Assembly (NCBI GenBank): GCA_024691565.1
Contig: JAILNN010000174.1
Span: 1-59,472 of the forward strand
DNA length: 59,472 nucleotides
From: Lachnospiraceae bacterium
GTDB taxonomy: Bacteria > Bacillota > Clostridia > Lachnospirales > Lachnospiraceae
Direction: 5' to 3'
In this document: positions 20,789 to 32,000 of the stretch, piece by piece
Layout: every line of letters begins with the position of its first letter
Position numbering within the stretch: position 1 is the stretch's first letter
Position numbers and translations under genes: made by a program
The notes under the pieces: generated by a model
Told to the model about the DNA's origin: nothing
The model's database searches: none
The model's input: only the letters and a program-made list of their open reading frames with translations

Positions 20789-21967
20789 ATGATAAAGATG
20801 ATAAAAAAATATCGAAGACCCGTTCTATTAGTTACAGATGTCATTTTTATTATTCTGGCTGTAATTATTTTTGTTAGGGTTAGAAATGCATACGATACAC
20901 TTTACCATGTACAGGAAAGTAAACGTTGGTCTACGAAAGATATGCCTTCCGCTCAGATTGATGTTTATGTTTCTGAAAATAAGGCTATTTCTACAAATGA
21001 CATTAATAGTGTTAGAGCTAAAATAGTTAAAGACTTGACTACTGATGGACTAATTGAAGAGGGTAATAAAAAAAGAATATGGGCCGATTCGTTTTCAGCA
21101 GAAACTGAGGTGGAAATTAAGAAAGATGGAAATATGTATTCTGCCAATGCTGTTTTAACAGGTGGTGATTTCTTCTTGTTCCATCCTATTCCAGTGATTT
21201 CGGGCTCATATATTTCTGAGTCGGATGAGGATCCATACAGAATTGTTCTTGATGAAACAATGGCTTGGAGTATATTTGGATCTACTGACGTCGAAGGTAT
21301 GGAAGTGTTTATTGGTAATAGAATATATACTGTTGCTGGTGTTGTTAAGGTTGATAAGGGAAAATTTGCCGAAGCTACTTATGGTAGCAAGGGAAGAGTT
21401 TTCATACTCTATAAGTCTTATACATCAAGTAAAGGACTTGGAACCTCTGAAACTGCTGATGGTACAAGCTCAGATAGTGGAGATTCGAGTGCTACAGAAG
21501 ATTCATCAGGTTCACAGGATTCTCTTATGATTTTAAATTACCAAGCAGTTCTTCCAAATAAGGTTCAGAACTATGCAAGTAATATTATTAAGAAGGGATT
21601 TGGTGTAAGTACTGACCTTTCTGATGAGGCTAAGCAGTCTAATATTATTTCTACTGATGAAATTGAAGTTATTGATAATACTATACGCTATAGGTTATTG
21701 GGAATTTTGTTGGATTTAAGATCAATGCCATATAGAAGTATGAGAGTTAGCAGTGTTTATTATCCTTATTGGGAAAATGAAGCTAGATATATTCAGGATC
21801 AGATGGTTTATGCCTATGTTTCCTGCTTCTTACTCTTTATTTTACCATTCCTTACAATAATTCACTACATTGGTAAGGTTGTTGTAATAATTAGAGATAA
21901 GTTTGAATTCTTGTTTGAGACGGATTATCTCCCTAAGAACAAACTTTTACGTAAGTCAGAGTATTAA
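20789..21967 (+). CDS. Membrane protein with a MacB-like periplasmic core domain but no FtsX permease bundle
   Basis: N-terminal TM. The extracytoplasmic segment resembles a MacB PCD (VLTGGDFFLFHPIPVISGSYISESDEDPYRIVLDETMAWSIFGS...IYTVAGVVK). It has an S/D/T-rich linker and a single C-terminal TM. The ATG at 20789 follows AGGTGA. Confidence 0.6.
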   Translation: MIKMIKKYRRPVLLVTDVIFIILAVIIFVRVRNAYDTLYHVQESKRWSTKDMPSAQIDVYVSENKAISTNDINSVRAKIVKDLTTDGLIEEGNKKRIWADSFSAETEVEIKKDGNMYSANAVLTGGDFFLFHPIPVISGSYISESDEDPYRIVLDETMAWSIFGSTDVEGMEVFIGNRIYTVAGVVKVDKGKFAEATYGSKGRVFILYKSYTSSKGLGTSETADGTSSDSGDSSATEDSSGSQDSLMILNYQAVLPNKVQNYASNIIKKGFGVSTDLSDEAKQSNIISTDEIEVIDNTIRYRLLGILLDLRSMPYRSMRVSSVYYPYWENEARYIQDQMVYAYVSCFLLFILPFLTIIHYIGKVVVIIRDKFEFLFETDYLPKNKLLRKSEY

Positions 21968-22035
21968 GATTAGATTTTTACAATTAAATATATGTGTAAA
22001 ATTTGTCGGATTTTTTGGTTTAAGTAATTTAGTAG

Positions 22036-22097
22036 AATGTGTAAACTTTAGGACATAAATGTTAATTTATTATTCTAAGGTTTACACATTTTTTTGT
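22036..22097 (+). terminator. Rho-independent terminator separating the MFP operon from the MacB-like genes
   Basis: AATGTGTAAACTTTAG / CTAAGGTTTACACATT inverted repeat (one mismatch) followed by a T7 run. Confidence 0.7.
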
Positions 22098-22187
22098 TTT
22101 GGTGATGAGTTTATATTCTACCGAAATTATGCTATGCGGAATTCTCATTTGATTGCTCCGCTGGATAGACTTTTATGAGGTGTTTTA

Positions 22188-24653
22188 ATGATTGAATTAC
22201 AGAATATTAGCAAGTTTTATTATACAGATACTTCAGTTACTCTTGCTTTAAATAAGATTAATCTTACATTCCCTGAGACCGGTTTTGTTTGTATTACTGG
22301 TGAGAGTGGTAGTGGTAAGTCTACACTTTTGAATATTATCAGTGGTTTGGATACCTTTGATGATGGTGAAATGTTCTTTGATGGAAATCCGACTTTTCAA
22401 TTTGATAAGACTGATTGGGAAAATTATCGTAGAGAGAAGATAGGTTTTGTTTTTCAGAATTATGGTCTTATTGGTCATTATTCCACACTTGACAATTGTA
22501 TGGCTGCGCTTTTGATTCAGGGTTTAGATGAGGAAACATCTAAGAAGAAGGCTCTTGATTATCTTGAGAAGGTTGGCTTAAAGGAGCAGATTAAGCTTCG
22601 CGCATCTGACCTTTCAAGTGGTCAGAAACAGAGACTTTCTATTGCAAGAGCCCTTGCTAAGAATACCCCTGTTATCGTTGCTGATGAGCCTACTGGTAAT
22701 CTTGATTCTGAGACAAGCGCCCAGATTATCGACTTATTAAAGGAATTATCAGATGACAAGCTTATAATCATGGTTACACATGACTATGAAAGAGTTGAAC
22801 ATGTTGCGACTAAGAAGATTAGGTTACATGATGGAGAACTTGTTTCTGCGGTTGATGTTAATCAAGGAGCACTTAATAAGAGCATTTCTTTTGAGAATGC
22901 AGGTGATAGTGAAATTAGTGCTACAAATGAGGACGAAAATAAAATCGCGAATGACAGTGAAACTAATTTGACAAGTGAATTAGAAAATGAGAGTCGTAAA
23001 GAATCCAATCTAGATAAAAAAGAAAAGATTAAAGACTTTTTTAATATAAAGCTTAAGCAAAATATTAAGGCTTTTAGGTTCTTTGGAATGGATTTAAGAG
23101 GACAGAGAACCAGAAATGCTGTATTTATGATGTTCTTTATTTTTACATCACTTGTTAGTTTTATTTTCCTTGGAGAACTTTTCTTAAATAAGGATGATAG
23201 AAGTACCAGGGAATATGATAATTCAGCGTTTTTAAATGAGACTGATAAGAGAATTTTAGTTAAGAGGGCTGATGGAGCGAGACTTAAAAGTGAGGACGCT
23301 GCTACTCTTAAGAAACTAAATTATGTTACAGATGTTGATACAAATGATTTATGTAATGATATCAATTTCTATATAAATGAGGGCTCTGACTATAGGGTTC
23401 TTCATGGAGATAAGACAGAGGATGGTCAGAAGGTTTCGAGGGTTGAGTTTATTGAAACCAAGAAGTATATGAGAACGGCTTCAGCGATTTCTTCTGATGA
23501 GCTAAAAGATGGAAGACTTCCTCAAAGTAAGGATGAGGTGGTTTTATATTCAAATAAAGAGTATGAGCTTGGTGATACGGTCCATATTTATTTTAAGAAT
23601 GAACATCTTTGGGATAATGGTGAGTATTATGATAAGGACTTTACTGTTGTTGGTCTTTTGAAACATAAAACCTCACAGGCGTATTTTTCAACTGAGCTTT
23701 CTAATATGCTTACTGCTAGCATGAGTGCTCCACAGATTAATATGAGCTTTCTCTATAGTGAGCAGTTTAAAAAGTTTTATGGAAGAGATTCATTTATTTT
23801 AGTTGTTGCCGATGACCTTGGAATCGATGAAGTCAGGGTTTCTGAGAATTACAAGGTAGATATTGCTCCAAGTGAGGCTTTTGGGCAGGTTTCTAGTGTT
23901 GAGAGAGCATTCGTTGGAAATGTTAGTATTGATTTTAAGACTGTAGTTGAAGGAGCTGATGAGACAGCTGAAGGTGAAGTAGACACGACTTCATTAAGTT
24001 CTGCGGAAGATGTTGAGATGGAAAAGGTTCAATTATCTGCTAAGAATTATGATAGTGGTGATGAGGATAAGAGTAATTTTTCAAAGCTTAGTCCTATTTT
24101 CTTAGAGGTTAGTCAGGAACTCTTTGATGCCTGCTATGCTAATGTTTCTGGTAGTTATCAGGGTGATGTTTATATTACTGACTATTCTAAGACTGATAAG
24201 GTGCTTAAGGAGCTTACAAAGGCTGGATATGTTGGAATCAGCACATACAGAGTTAGTACAACTAACTATGTACCTGAGAAGGTTACTTATAGACTTATTA
24301 CGATTTCAATTTCACTTGCAGTTTTGATTATTCTCTTTGTTTTGCAGATTCTAATTATTAGATCTCTTATGAAGATTAAGATTAGTGAGTTTTATATTTT
24401 TAAGTTTATGGGAATGAGACAGATTGAAATTGATGATATTGTTAAGTTTACAATGGGATTTTATGCATTGGTTTCTGGTATTCTTGTTCTATTTGTTATG
24501 TCGATTCTATCGTTATTTAAGATTAATTTTATTAGTGAGATAATTCAGTACTATACTTTGATAAACATTATTATTTACTTTGTTTATATTCTTATTATGG
24601 CATATGTATCTTCTAAGGTTTTCACTGCTGTAGTGAAGAAAAAGAACAGTTAA
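22188..24653 (+). CDS. MacB-like ABC transporter, fused ATPase + FtsX-type permease (paralog 1)
   Basis: Walker A GESGSGKST, signature LSSGQKQRLSIARAL, Walker [12 protein letters not shown]. Then an acidic linker, one TM, about 370 aa extracytoplasmic domain and three C-terminal TMs (MacB topology). Confidence 0.85.
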   Translation: MIELQNISKFYYTDTSVTLALNKINLTFPETGFVCITGESGSGKSTLLNIISGLDTFDDGEMFFDGNPTFQFDKTDWENYRREKIGFVFQNYGLIGHYSTLDNCMAALLIQGLDEETSKKKALDYLEKVGLKEQIKLRASDLSSGQKQRLSIARALAKNTPVIVADEPTGNLDSETSAQIIDLLKELSDDKLIIMVTHDYERVEHVATKKIRLHDGELVSAVDVNQGALNKSISFENAGDSEISATNEDENKIANDSETNLTSELENESRKESNLDKKEKIKDFFNIKLKQNIKAFRFFGMDLRGQRTRNAVFMMFFIFTSLVSFIFLGELFLNKDDRSTREYDNSAFLNETDKRILVKRADGARLKSEDAATLKKLNYVTDVDTNDLCNDINFYINEGSDYRVLHGDKTEDGQKVSRVEFIETKKYMRTASAISSDELKDGRLPQSKDEVVLYSNKEYELGDTVHIYFKNEHLWDNGEYYDKDFTVVGLLKHKTSQAYFSTELSNMLTASMSAPQINMSFLYSEQFKKFYGRDSFILVVADDLGIDEVRVSENYKVDIAPSEAFGQVSSVERAFVGNVSIDFKTVVEGADETAEGEVDTTSLSSAEDVEMEKVQLSAKNYDSGDEDKSNFSKLSPIFLEVSQELFDACYANVSGSYQGDVYITDYSKTDKVLKELTKAGYVGISTYRVSTTNYVPEKVTYRLITISISLAVLIILFVLQILIIRSLMKIKISEFYIFKFMGMRQIEIDDIVKFTMGFYALVSGILVLFVMSILSLFKINFISEIIQYYTLINIIIYFVYILIMAYVSSKVFTAVVKKKNS

Positions 24654-24665
24654 GGGGCTGATATT

Positions 24666-27224
24666 ATGATTAAAGTACAGAATTTAAATAAATATTATAA
24701 TAGGGGCCGTAAGAATGAGAATCATGTTCTTAAGGATATTAACCTTGAATTTGAATCTACTGGACTTGTTTGTATTTTAGGTGAAAGTGGATGTGGTAAG
24801 ACTACACTTTTAAATACAATTGGTGGTTTGGATGATTTTTATTCTGGAAATATGGAGGTTGGCCGCTCAAAAATAAGTAAATATAGTATTAAGACCTCTG
24901 AGAAGATGCGTAATGATAATTTGGGATTTGTTTTCCAGAATTACTATCTTTTAAGTGATTATACAGTGGCTTATAATATCAGAATTGCCCTTAATATCTA
25001 TGATTTAACCGAGGAAGAGAAGGATGAGAGGGTGGATTATGTTCTTAAAGCCCTTGATATTACTAAGTATAAAAAGAAGCTGGTTTCTGAACTTTCAGGT
25101 GGCCAGCAACAGAGAGTTTCCATTGCAAGAGCCCTTGTTAAGGCGCCTAAGATTATTCTTGCGGATGAACCTACGGGAAATCTGGATGAGGAGAATACAA
25201 TTAGGACAATGAGTATTCTTAAGAATATTTCTAAAGAATGTCTTGTTATTGTGGTTACTCATGAGAAGGATATTGCTAAGTTCTTTGCAGATAGAATTAT
25301 TAAGATTGTTGATGGCGAGGTTGCTAAGGATAAGGTTAATAAGAAGAGAGATGCCTATATTAGGAAGTATGATAGCAATATTTACCTTAAGGAAATGGAT
25401 GAGTATGCTTCTAGACTTAAGGAACTTGACCTTCATCTTTATAAGGAAAAGAATGATGAAGATGAGGATTTAGAAGAGGGTGCGTCTGTTAATGAAACTC
25501 AAAATGAGGGGACTCTTAGTGTTGATACTGAGGGAGAGAATACCGTTACAGTTGATGGAATGCCTATAAAGCTTACCTTTGCTTATAAGGATGGTAAACT
25601 CTATATTAAGAATGAGTCTGAAACTGATGTTATTCTTACTTCTGAAGATGATGATTGTCAGATTATTGATGATTATATGCCTAAGCTTGAGATGAAGGAA
25701 GTTATGGAGTTTGATTTTAAGCTTCCTGAGCTTGAGAATAAACATGAGGGTAGTTTTACTGCGAGGGAAACCTATAAGCTTGCCAAGGAAAACATTAAGG
25801 TTATTGGTAAGAAACAGTTTTTTATAATTATAATTTTGCTTTTGACAGCTGTGCTTACGACTATTGGTATGGCTAATTATATAAATAAGGTTAGAGTCCC
25901 TGTGGAGGATATTGTTACAACGGATTCTAGGTATGTTCAGGTTATGATGGAAACCAAGGGTAATAAGACTGAAACACAGGTTCTTGGCTATATGAATAGC
26001 TATATTAATGATGTTTTAAATGAGGGTACTTATAGAGAAATTTATGGAATTGCTAAGAATTCTATGGATGTTTCCTTTAATCAGGTGGTTCAGATGAAGC
26101 ATGTTAAGGGTAGTGTGGAAGGAATTTCCTTTGTTTCTTATAATCATCTTGATCCTGAAACCCTGGTGTGTGGCCGAATGGCTGAGAATCCATATGAGGT
26201 TGTTGTGGATGAGTGGGTTATTGACAGGATTAGAAAAAATAATGGTATCCTTGCTCAGATGCTTACATCGGATGCAGCCTTCCTTGGTGAGACTATTACT
26301 GAGTTTATGTCGGCTGTGGATTTTGAGATTGTTGGCGTTTGCAAGTCGAACGAGCCTTCAGTTTATATGAATGATATTAGTCTTGGCCTTGTTGGTAACT
26401 ATGGAATTAAGGCTGCGAGTGTTGACCAGATTAATGTCTATTATCCTGATGCCTTTACTAAAAAGCAGTTAGATCTTGGTAATAATGATATTATTATTTC
26501 TAAGGAATACTATGAAAAGAAGCTTATGGACCGCGAGATTAAGAGTGTTAGCGATGGAATTGGCGCTTTGAATGTTGATAACCATGAATATACGATTGTT
26601 GAAATTTCAGAGGTTAAGTTTGGAGCGGATGTTATTGTTAACAACGATAGATATAATACTATTAAGTTTAAGAAGATTAATGGTTCTAGAGGTTTTATAG
26701 CTTATGCCCGTGATGCGAGGGAGGCTGCTAAGTACTTTAAGAAGATGAATGAGAACTACAATAAGTACTTTGATGTAAATGTGTCAGTGGCTTATGATAA
26801 AGAGGTTAAGGATTACAGGAAGTCTGTATTTAAAGAGGTTCAGTTTACAACCTTCCTGACTCTTGGAATATTTATTATTTCGCTTATTATGATTTACTTT
26901 ATGATTAAGTCGAATGCGATGAGTAGAAGTGAGGAATTGACAGTTTATAGACTTATTGGTATTTCTAGGATGTCTGTTTTAAGGACTTATATGCTTGAAA
27001 TTTCGATGATTACCGTATATACGATGCTGCCGGCGATTATTATTACAACAGCACTTATGAAGTTTATTGCATCTGTGCCATCGCTTGAGATGAATTTAAA
27101 CCTTCCTTGGGCGTTGAGTATTGGTCTTTTTGTTGTGCTTTTGGTAGTTAATAATATTATTAGTATTATGCCGGTTTATGGAATTCTTTCTAAACCGCCT
27201 GCAAGGCTTGCCAGAGGAGAGTAG
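24666..27224 (+). CDS. MacB-like ABC transporter, fused ATPase + FtsX-type permease (paralog 2)
   Basis: Walker [10 protein letters not shown], signature [15 protein letters not shown], Walker [12 protein letters not shown]. Same 1+3 TM topology around a large extracytoplasmic domain. Starts 12 nt after paralog 1. Confidence 0.85.
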   Translation: MIKVQNLNKYYNRGRKNENHVLKDINLEFESTGLVCILGESGCGKTTLLNTIGGLDDFYSGNMEVGRSKISKYSIKTSEKMRNDNLGFVFQNYYLLSDYTVAYNIRIALNIYDLTEEEKDERVDYVLKALDITKYKKKLVSELSGGQQQRVSIARALVKAPKIILADEPTGNLDEENTIRTMSILKNISKECLVIVVTHEKDIAKFFADRIIKIVDGEVAKDKVNKKRDAYIRKYDSNIYLKEMDEYASRLKELDLHLYKEKNDEDEDLEEGASVNETQNEGTLSVDTEGENTVTVDGMPIKLTFAYKDGKLYIKNESETDVILTSEDDDCQIIDDYMPKLEMKEVMEFDFKLPELENKHEGSFTARETYKLAKENIKVIGKKQFFIIIILLLTAVLTTIGMANYINKVRVPVEDIVTTDSRYVQVMMETKGNKTETQVLGYMNSYINDVLNEGTYREIYGIAKNSMDVSFNQVVQMKHVKGSVEGISFVSYNHLDPETLVCGRMAENPYEVVVDEWVIDRIRKNNGILAQMLTSDAAFLGETITEFMSAVDFEIVGVCKSNEPSVYMNDISLGLVGNYGIKAASVDQINVYYPDAFTKKQLDLGNNDIIISKEYYEKKLMDREIKSVSDGIGALNVDNHEYTIVEISEVKFGADVIVNNDRYNTIKFKKINGSRGFIAYARDAREAAKYFKKMNENYNKYFDVNVSVAYDKEVKDYRKSVFKEVQFTTFLTLGIFIISLIMIYFMIKSNAMSRSEELTVYRLIGISRMSVLRTYMLEISMITVYTMLPAIIITTALMKFIASVPSLEMNLNLPWALSIGLFVVLLVVNNIISIMPVYGILSKPPARLARGE

Positions 27225-27324
27225 TCTTTAAGAATTAAGATTTAGGGTTGAGTTTTATTTTCTTTTGTAGTAAACTGATAAAACTTGAAGACAAGACTAC
27301 AAATAAAGATTGGAGATTAGAATT

Positions 27325-28632
27325 ATGTGGGCTAATGAAAGTGTTTTTTATCAGATTTATCCATTAGGTATGACTGGTGCGCCATTTGAGAATGATGGTG
27401 TGTTAGAGCACCGTATTTTAAAGGTTATTGATTGGATACCTCATTTTAAAAAGCTTGGAATAAATGCGATTTATTTTTCGCCTCTTTTTGAGTCGGATAC
27501 TCATGGATATAATACCAGGGATTATAGAATGATTGATAAGAGACTCGGAACAAATGAGGATTTTAAGAAGGTTTGCGAGGAGTTGCATAAAGAGGGTATT
27601 AAGGTTATTCTTGATGGTGTGTTTAATCATGTTGGAAGAGGCTTCTTTGGTTTTAAGGATGTTCTAGAGAAGCGTTTTGATTCGCAATATAAGGATTGGT
27701 TTAATATCAGTTTTGATGGTAATTCAAATTATAATGATGGACTTTGGTATGAGGGTTGGGAAGGTAACTATGATTTAGTTAAGCTTAATCTTCGTAATGA
27801 AAATGTTGTGAATTACCTTCTTGAAAGTGTTAAATTCTGGATTGATGAATTTGGAATTGATGGCCTTAGACTCGATGTGGCTTATATGGTTGACAGAGAC
27901 TTTTTGAAGAGATTGAGAAGTGCCTGTGATTCATGGAAGGAAGAGTTTTTCTTAGTCGGAGAGATTCTTGGTGGCGACTATAAGGTTATTATGAATGATG
28001 AAATGTGTCATTCGGCTACTAACTATGAGTGCTACAAGGGTATCCATTCTTCGTTTAATTCTTATAACTTATTTGAAATTGTTCATTCACTTATGAGGCA
28101 GTTTGGTCCTGAGAATTGGACTCTTTACAAGGGGGCGCATCTTTTCTCTTTTGTGGATAACCACGATGTAACCCGTGCGGCTAGTATTGTTCAGAATCCT
28201 GAGCATTTGAAGCTTATGTATGCCTTTATTTTTGGTATGCCTGGAATCCCTATTATCTATTATGGAAGTGAGTGGGGAGTTAAGGGAGATAAGAGTCAGG
28301 GTGATCCTGCGCTTAGACCTGCCTTTGATAAGCCTGAGTGGAATGAGCTTACTGATTATATTGCAGCCCTTGCTAAGGCTTGGAAGGGTGAAAAGGCACT
28401 TCATTATGGGGATTTTAAATCTTTAGTTCTTAATAATAAACAATGTATCTTTGAAAGAAAATTTGAAGATGAAAGGATTATGATTGCAGTTAATGCTGAA
28501 GAAAATCCATTTACTGCGCATTTTGATGCACAGGCTGGAAGAGCTCATGACTTGATTACTGGCGAAGAGATTGATTTTGGTGGTGGTTTAGAGCTCCCAC
28601 CTTATACAGCATATATTTTAAAACCTTTTTAG
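27325..28632 (+). CDS. Cytoplasmic GH13 alpha-amylase-family glycosidase
   Basis: GH13 conserved regions DGVFNHV, GIDGLRLDVA, LVGEI, FVDNHDVTR. No signal peptide. The ATG at 27325 follows GGAG. Confidence 0.85.
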   Translation: MWANESVFYQIYPLGMTGAPFENDGVLEHRILKVIDWIPHFKKLGINAIYFSPLFESDTHGYNTRDYRMIDKRLGTNEDFKKVCEELHKEGIKVILDGVFNHVGRGFFGFKDVLEKRFDSQYKDWFNISFDGNSNYNDGLWYEGWEGNYDLVKLNLRNENVVNYLLESVKFWIDEFGIDGLRLDVAYMVDRDFLKRLRSACDSWKEEFFLVGEILGGDYKVIMNDEMCHSATNYECYKGIHSSFNSYNLFEIVHSLMRQFGPENWTLYKGAHLFSFVDNHDVTRAASIVQNPEHLKLMYAFIFGMPGIPIIYYGSEWGVKGDKSQGDPALRPAFDKPEWNELTDYIAALAKAWKGEKALHYGDFKSLVLNNKQCIFERKFEDERIMIAVNAEENPFTAHFDAQAGRAHDLITGEEIDFGGGLELPPYTAYILKPF

Positions 28633-28661
28633 ACTAAATAAATAAAAGAAATAAAAAACGC

Positions 28662-28690
28662 TTGACAATAGTTAGGTGTATGAGTATAAT
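28662..28690 (+). promoter_or_regulatory. Consensus sigma-A promoter (TTGACA-17-TATAAT) upstream of tRNA-Trp
   Basis: Both hexamers are perfect with a 17-nt spacer, about 85 nt upstream of the tRNA 5' end. Confidence 0.75.
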
Positions 28691-28777
28691 GTTCAAAGTG
28701 TGTTTGAGAAATTGGTGTTCGAAAAGAGCGTATTTAAGGCTTTTGTAGTCGTTTTCTTTGACATACTTTGAAAATTT

Positions 28778-28848
28778 AGGGGCATAGTTCATCGGTAGAA
28801 TAAGAGTCTCCAAAACTCCAGAGCTGGGTTCGATTCCTAGTGCCCCTG
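28778..28848 (+). tRNA. trnW: tRNA-Trp (anticodon CCA)
   Basis: Acceptor stem AGGGGCA/TGCCCCT. The D-arm (AGTTCATCGGTAGAA) was read only by resemblance to typical tRNA D-arms; its stem pairing was not verified. Anticodon loop CTCCAAA, T-arm GGGTTCGATTCC. No encoded CCA. Confidence 0.9.
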
Positions 28849-28865
28849 TACTCTGTACTAATGAA

Positions 28866-28905
28866 AATCTCAAAAGTGAACTAGATTTGCTTTTGGGATT
28901 TTTTT
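28866..28905 (+). terminator. Rho-independent terminator after tRNA-Trp
   Basis: AAATCTCAAAAG / CTTTTGGGATT stem followed by a T-run. Confidence 0.75.
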
Positions 28906-28965
28906 GTTGCTTTATTATGCGAGCGAGATTTTAACTCTATATTGGTAATAAAAAAAATTAAATGC

Positions 28966-28994
28966 TTGCAAAATAAAGCTCTTTGTACTAAAAT
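28966..28994 (+). promoter_or_regulatory. Sigma-A promoter (TTGCAA-17-TAAAAT) for the giant surface-protein gene
   Basis: Good hexamers with 17-nt spacing, about 40 nt upstream of the AGGAGA RBS and the ATG at 29037. Confidence 0.55.
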
Positions 28995-29036
28995 CATTAA
29001 GTATTAAAGGCGCAAATAGGAAAGGAGAAATCAAAT

Positions 29037-32000
29037 ATGCGTAATAATAGAAAAAATCGCCTATTTAGGCGTGCTGTTGCTGCGTTACTCTCTGCAGCAA
29101 TGGTTGTAACTGGAATACCTGCTAGTAATGCTATTAAAACTTCTAAAAAAGCAGAAGCTGCTAGTACTACTACAAGAACGGGTGTTATGTTTAACGATGG
29201 AACGAACTACTATGCTTTGGAGTTTGAGAAACCAAAGTATTATGGTCAGTCTGTTGATTTTAAACTTGTAAAAAGACCAATTAATGGAACTAATTGGACT
29301 GATGTTACCAATGAATTTGGTGATAATTATTATCTTGACTTTTATGTATATGGTAACAAAGGTGCCACAGAATATTCTTATGATACTACTAATGATATGA
29401 TACTTGATAATTTCTCATCAGATAAAGTTAATGATATTTATGTCTATGTTAGTGGTCTTGAATCTAGTAATAATCTATATCTTACCTCAAGTAGTACTAC
29501 TTATTATAATTTGAAAAATGCAGCTACTGCTACGATTCTTGATTTATCTTCAGATGATTTGGCTTGTCCTGTTGAAAGTATAAATTATATGGGAAGTGAA
29601 GGCGAAGTAGTTACCGTTAATGATTCTTTTGTAAAACAAAATTTTAAATACCTTTCTTCTGTTAAGGAAGGAAATTTTACGGTAGAATATGAAGGTGAAG
29701 ATGCTAAATACACACTTAATGATAATATTAATGATACTTGTGCAATTAGTGTTTATAAGAATTCACTTATAGTATGTTCTGAATCTGTTCATCTTAATAT
29801 TAATGTTGAAGAAGATTATGATACCTTTACTAAGCTTATTTCTGATGAATCTTATGATTATTATGTTGCATATAAGAAGAATAATCTCATCGGTGAAGAA
29901 TTTAAAAATAATATTGTTTATGTTGATAAAGGACAAAAGATTACAAGTGATAATTATATTATAACTGATTCTTTGCCTTTTGCTTACAGTGCAATGTTGC
30001 AAACTTCCACTGGTGATGCATCAGGTATAAATCTTGTAAATTATCATAGTATTAATCCTTATGAGTTTTCAAAGGATGTAGATGATGTCGATTATCCTGA
30101 GTATTCACAGGTTGATGCTGATTATGTGCTTGATGCTGGTGAGAATAGCTACGTTGTTTCTGTTGAAAATGACGATGAAGTAATATCTACTGCTAAGATT
30201 AAGGTAAATTGGGAACTTCCTGGTTCATATGATGATTCTGCTCAGGCAGATATTCATCAGCTGAATGGCAATTATACTACATTAAAATATGATATGTGGA
30301 CTCCAGGTTATTCTTTATACAGCTGGAAGAATACGATTACAGCTTTTGGTCTTACTAAGAATAATGTTTCAGACGAAGATAGTTCTTGGAAAAAGCTTGC
30401 TGATCTTTCTGCTAGTTCTAATTATGTCAGATTAGATGCGTCTAACAATACTTACAGGTATTTCATGGTTAACTCTGAATTATCTGTTAATATTGATGGT
30501 AATACATATGTGATCGGTTATGGTCATAGAAATGATTATAATGTAAGTGGTGTCCGCCAGTATCCAGTTTCTTTCTATTCACAATCGAATGGATTGTATA
30601 CAACATCAGCTGAAGTTAGTGAATATACTGATAAAGATGCAGATTCATACACGTTTTCTCCAGAAGTTGCAGTTATTGATGGATACGATGTTAAATATCA
30701 GTGGAGCAAATATGAGAGAGGAAATGGATTTGTAGATATTGAAGGGGCCACTAGTCGTGAATATACAGCTGAAAGAAGTGATGATATAAGTATCTTTGGG
30801 GAGTATAAACTCATAGCTGAGGCTTATATTGCTGGAACAGATAATAAGGTTAGTAGTGCTACTTATAGTGTTTCATTATCATATGATGTTTTTGATCAAT
30901 ACTATAAGGTAAAGAAAGATTCTACATGGAATACCCATTATACAACAGTCGACTATTATCGTGGTATTGGTGAAACTGTTGACGCAAAATTGAATCTTGA
31001 TACTACGTTAGAAGATGGTTATAAGTTGACATACAAATGGTATAAAGGCATTCCTTGTACTTCTTCTAATGAATATGATATAATATCATTATTAAACTCC
31101 GGAGAAGAAAATGACAAGTGTTTGTATGGATTTGAGGATATGAAAATATCTAAGAATTCTTTGAGTTATAAATTGACGGCAAAGGACTTTTCTTTGGATG
31201 ATAATGGTACAATTTATTATAGAGATTGTTATCTACGTTTATATGTAATTATTGAAGGTCCAGATGATTTCGAGTTGAAAAGAGATTTCACAATTCGAGT
31301 TCATGAGGATCCACACGTTTTTTCAAATGTATATTCAGATGATGAATCTGGAATGAATGTTGATTTTGATGGTGAAAATCCTTTGATAATTAATGCTCCA
31401 AAATTTGATCTTCTTCCTGATTATGATGTTGAGTATACATGGTATGAATATGACAATTCAGAAAAAAAGATCGATGGAGTAACAGGTAGAACACTAACTG
31501 TTGAGCCTAAAGATGTTGTAAGCTCATATTATTGTAAAACTACGCTTATAAAAAAAGATACTAAATATAATGTTTTCGATATTGCGACTGATTATTCCGA
31601 GAAATATTATTACTATGTCAATTATACAAGTAAGAATGAATTTGATTTAGATTTATATCGTACTACCGATAAAGAGTTACAAGCTAAATACGGTGAAAAT
31701 GTAAATATGGGTGTTAAATCTTCTATTGAAACTAATATTGAAGGTTTAAAAACTGAGTATGTATGGTATCATGACGGAAAGGTTATTGAAGGAGAAAATA
31801 GTAGTAGCCTTTCTCTTAAGAGTGTAGGTGCTGAAGACTTTGGAAAGTATAACTGTATTGTACAGGTTATTGATGGTGATGAAAATATAGTAAGCCAAAA
31901 GGTTGTTCCATTTACACTTACTGCTGTTTATGATGTTGAAATATTAACACCAAGTGATAGCTATGTTTATAATAAGAAAATTGGTGATACAGTTGATTTA

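Noticed and set aside
27225-27324. Hairpin TTTGTAGT...ACTACAAA upstream of the GH13 gene, considered as a terminator or riboswitch
   Set aside because: The stem is only 8 bp with a loop of more than 20 nt, there is no T-tract, and no recognisable riboswitch core is present.
28634-28873. 79-aa minus-strand ORF spanning the tRNA-Trp region
   Set aside because: It overlaps a canonical tRNA, its promoter and its terminator, and is not protein-like.
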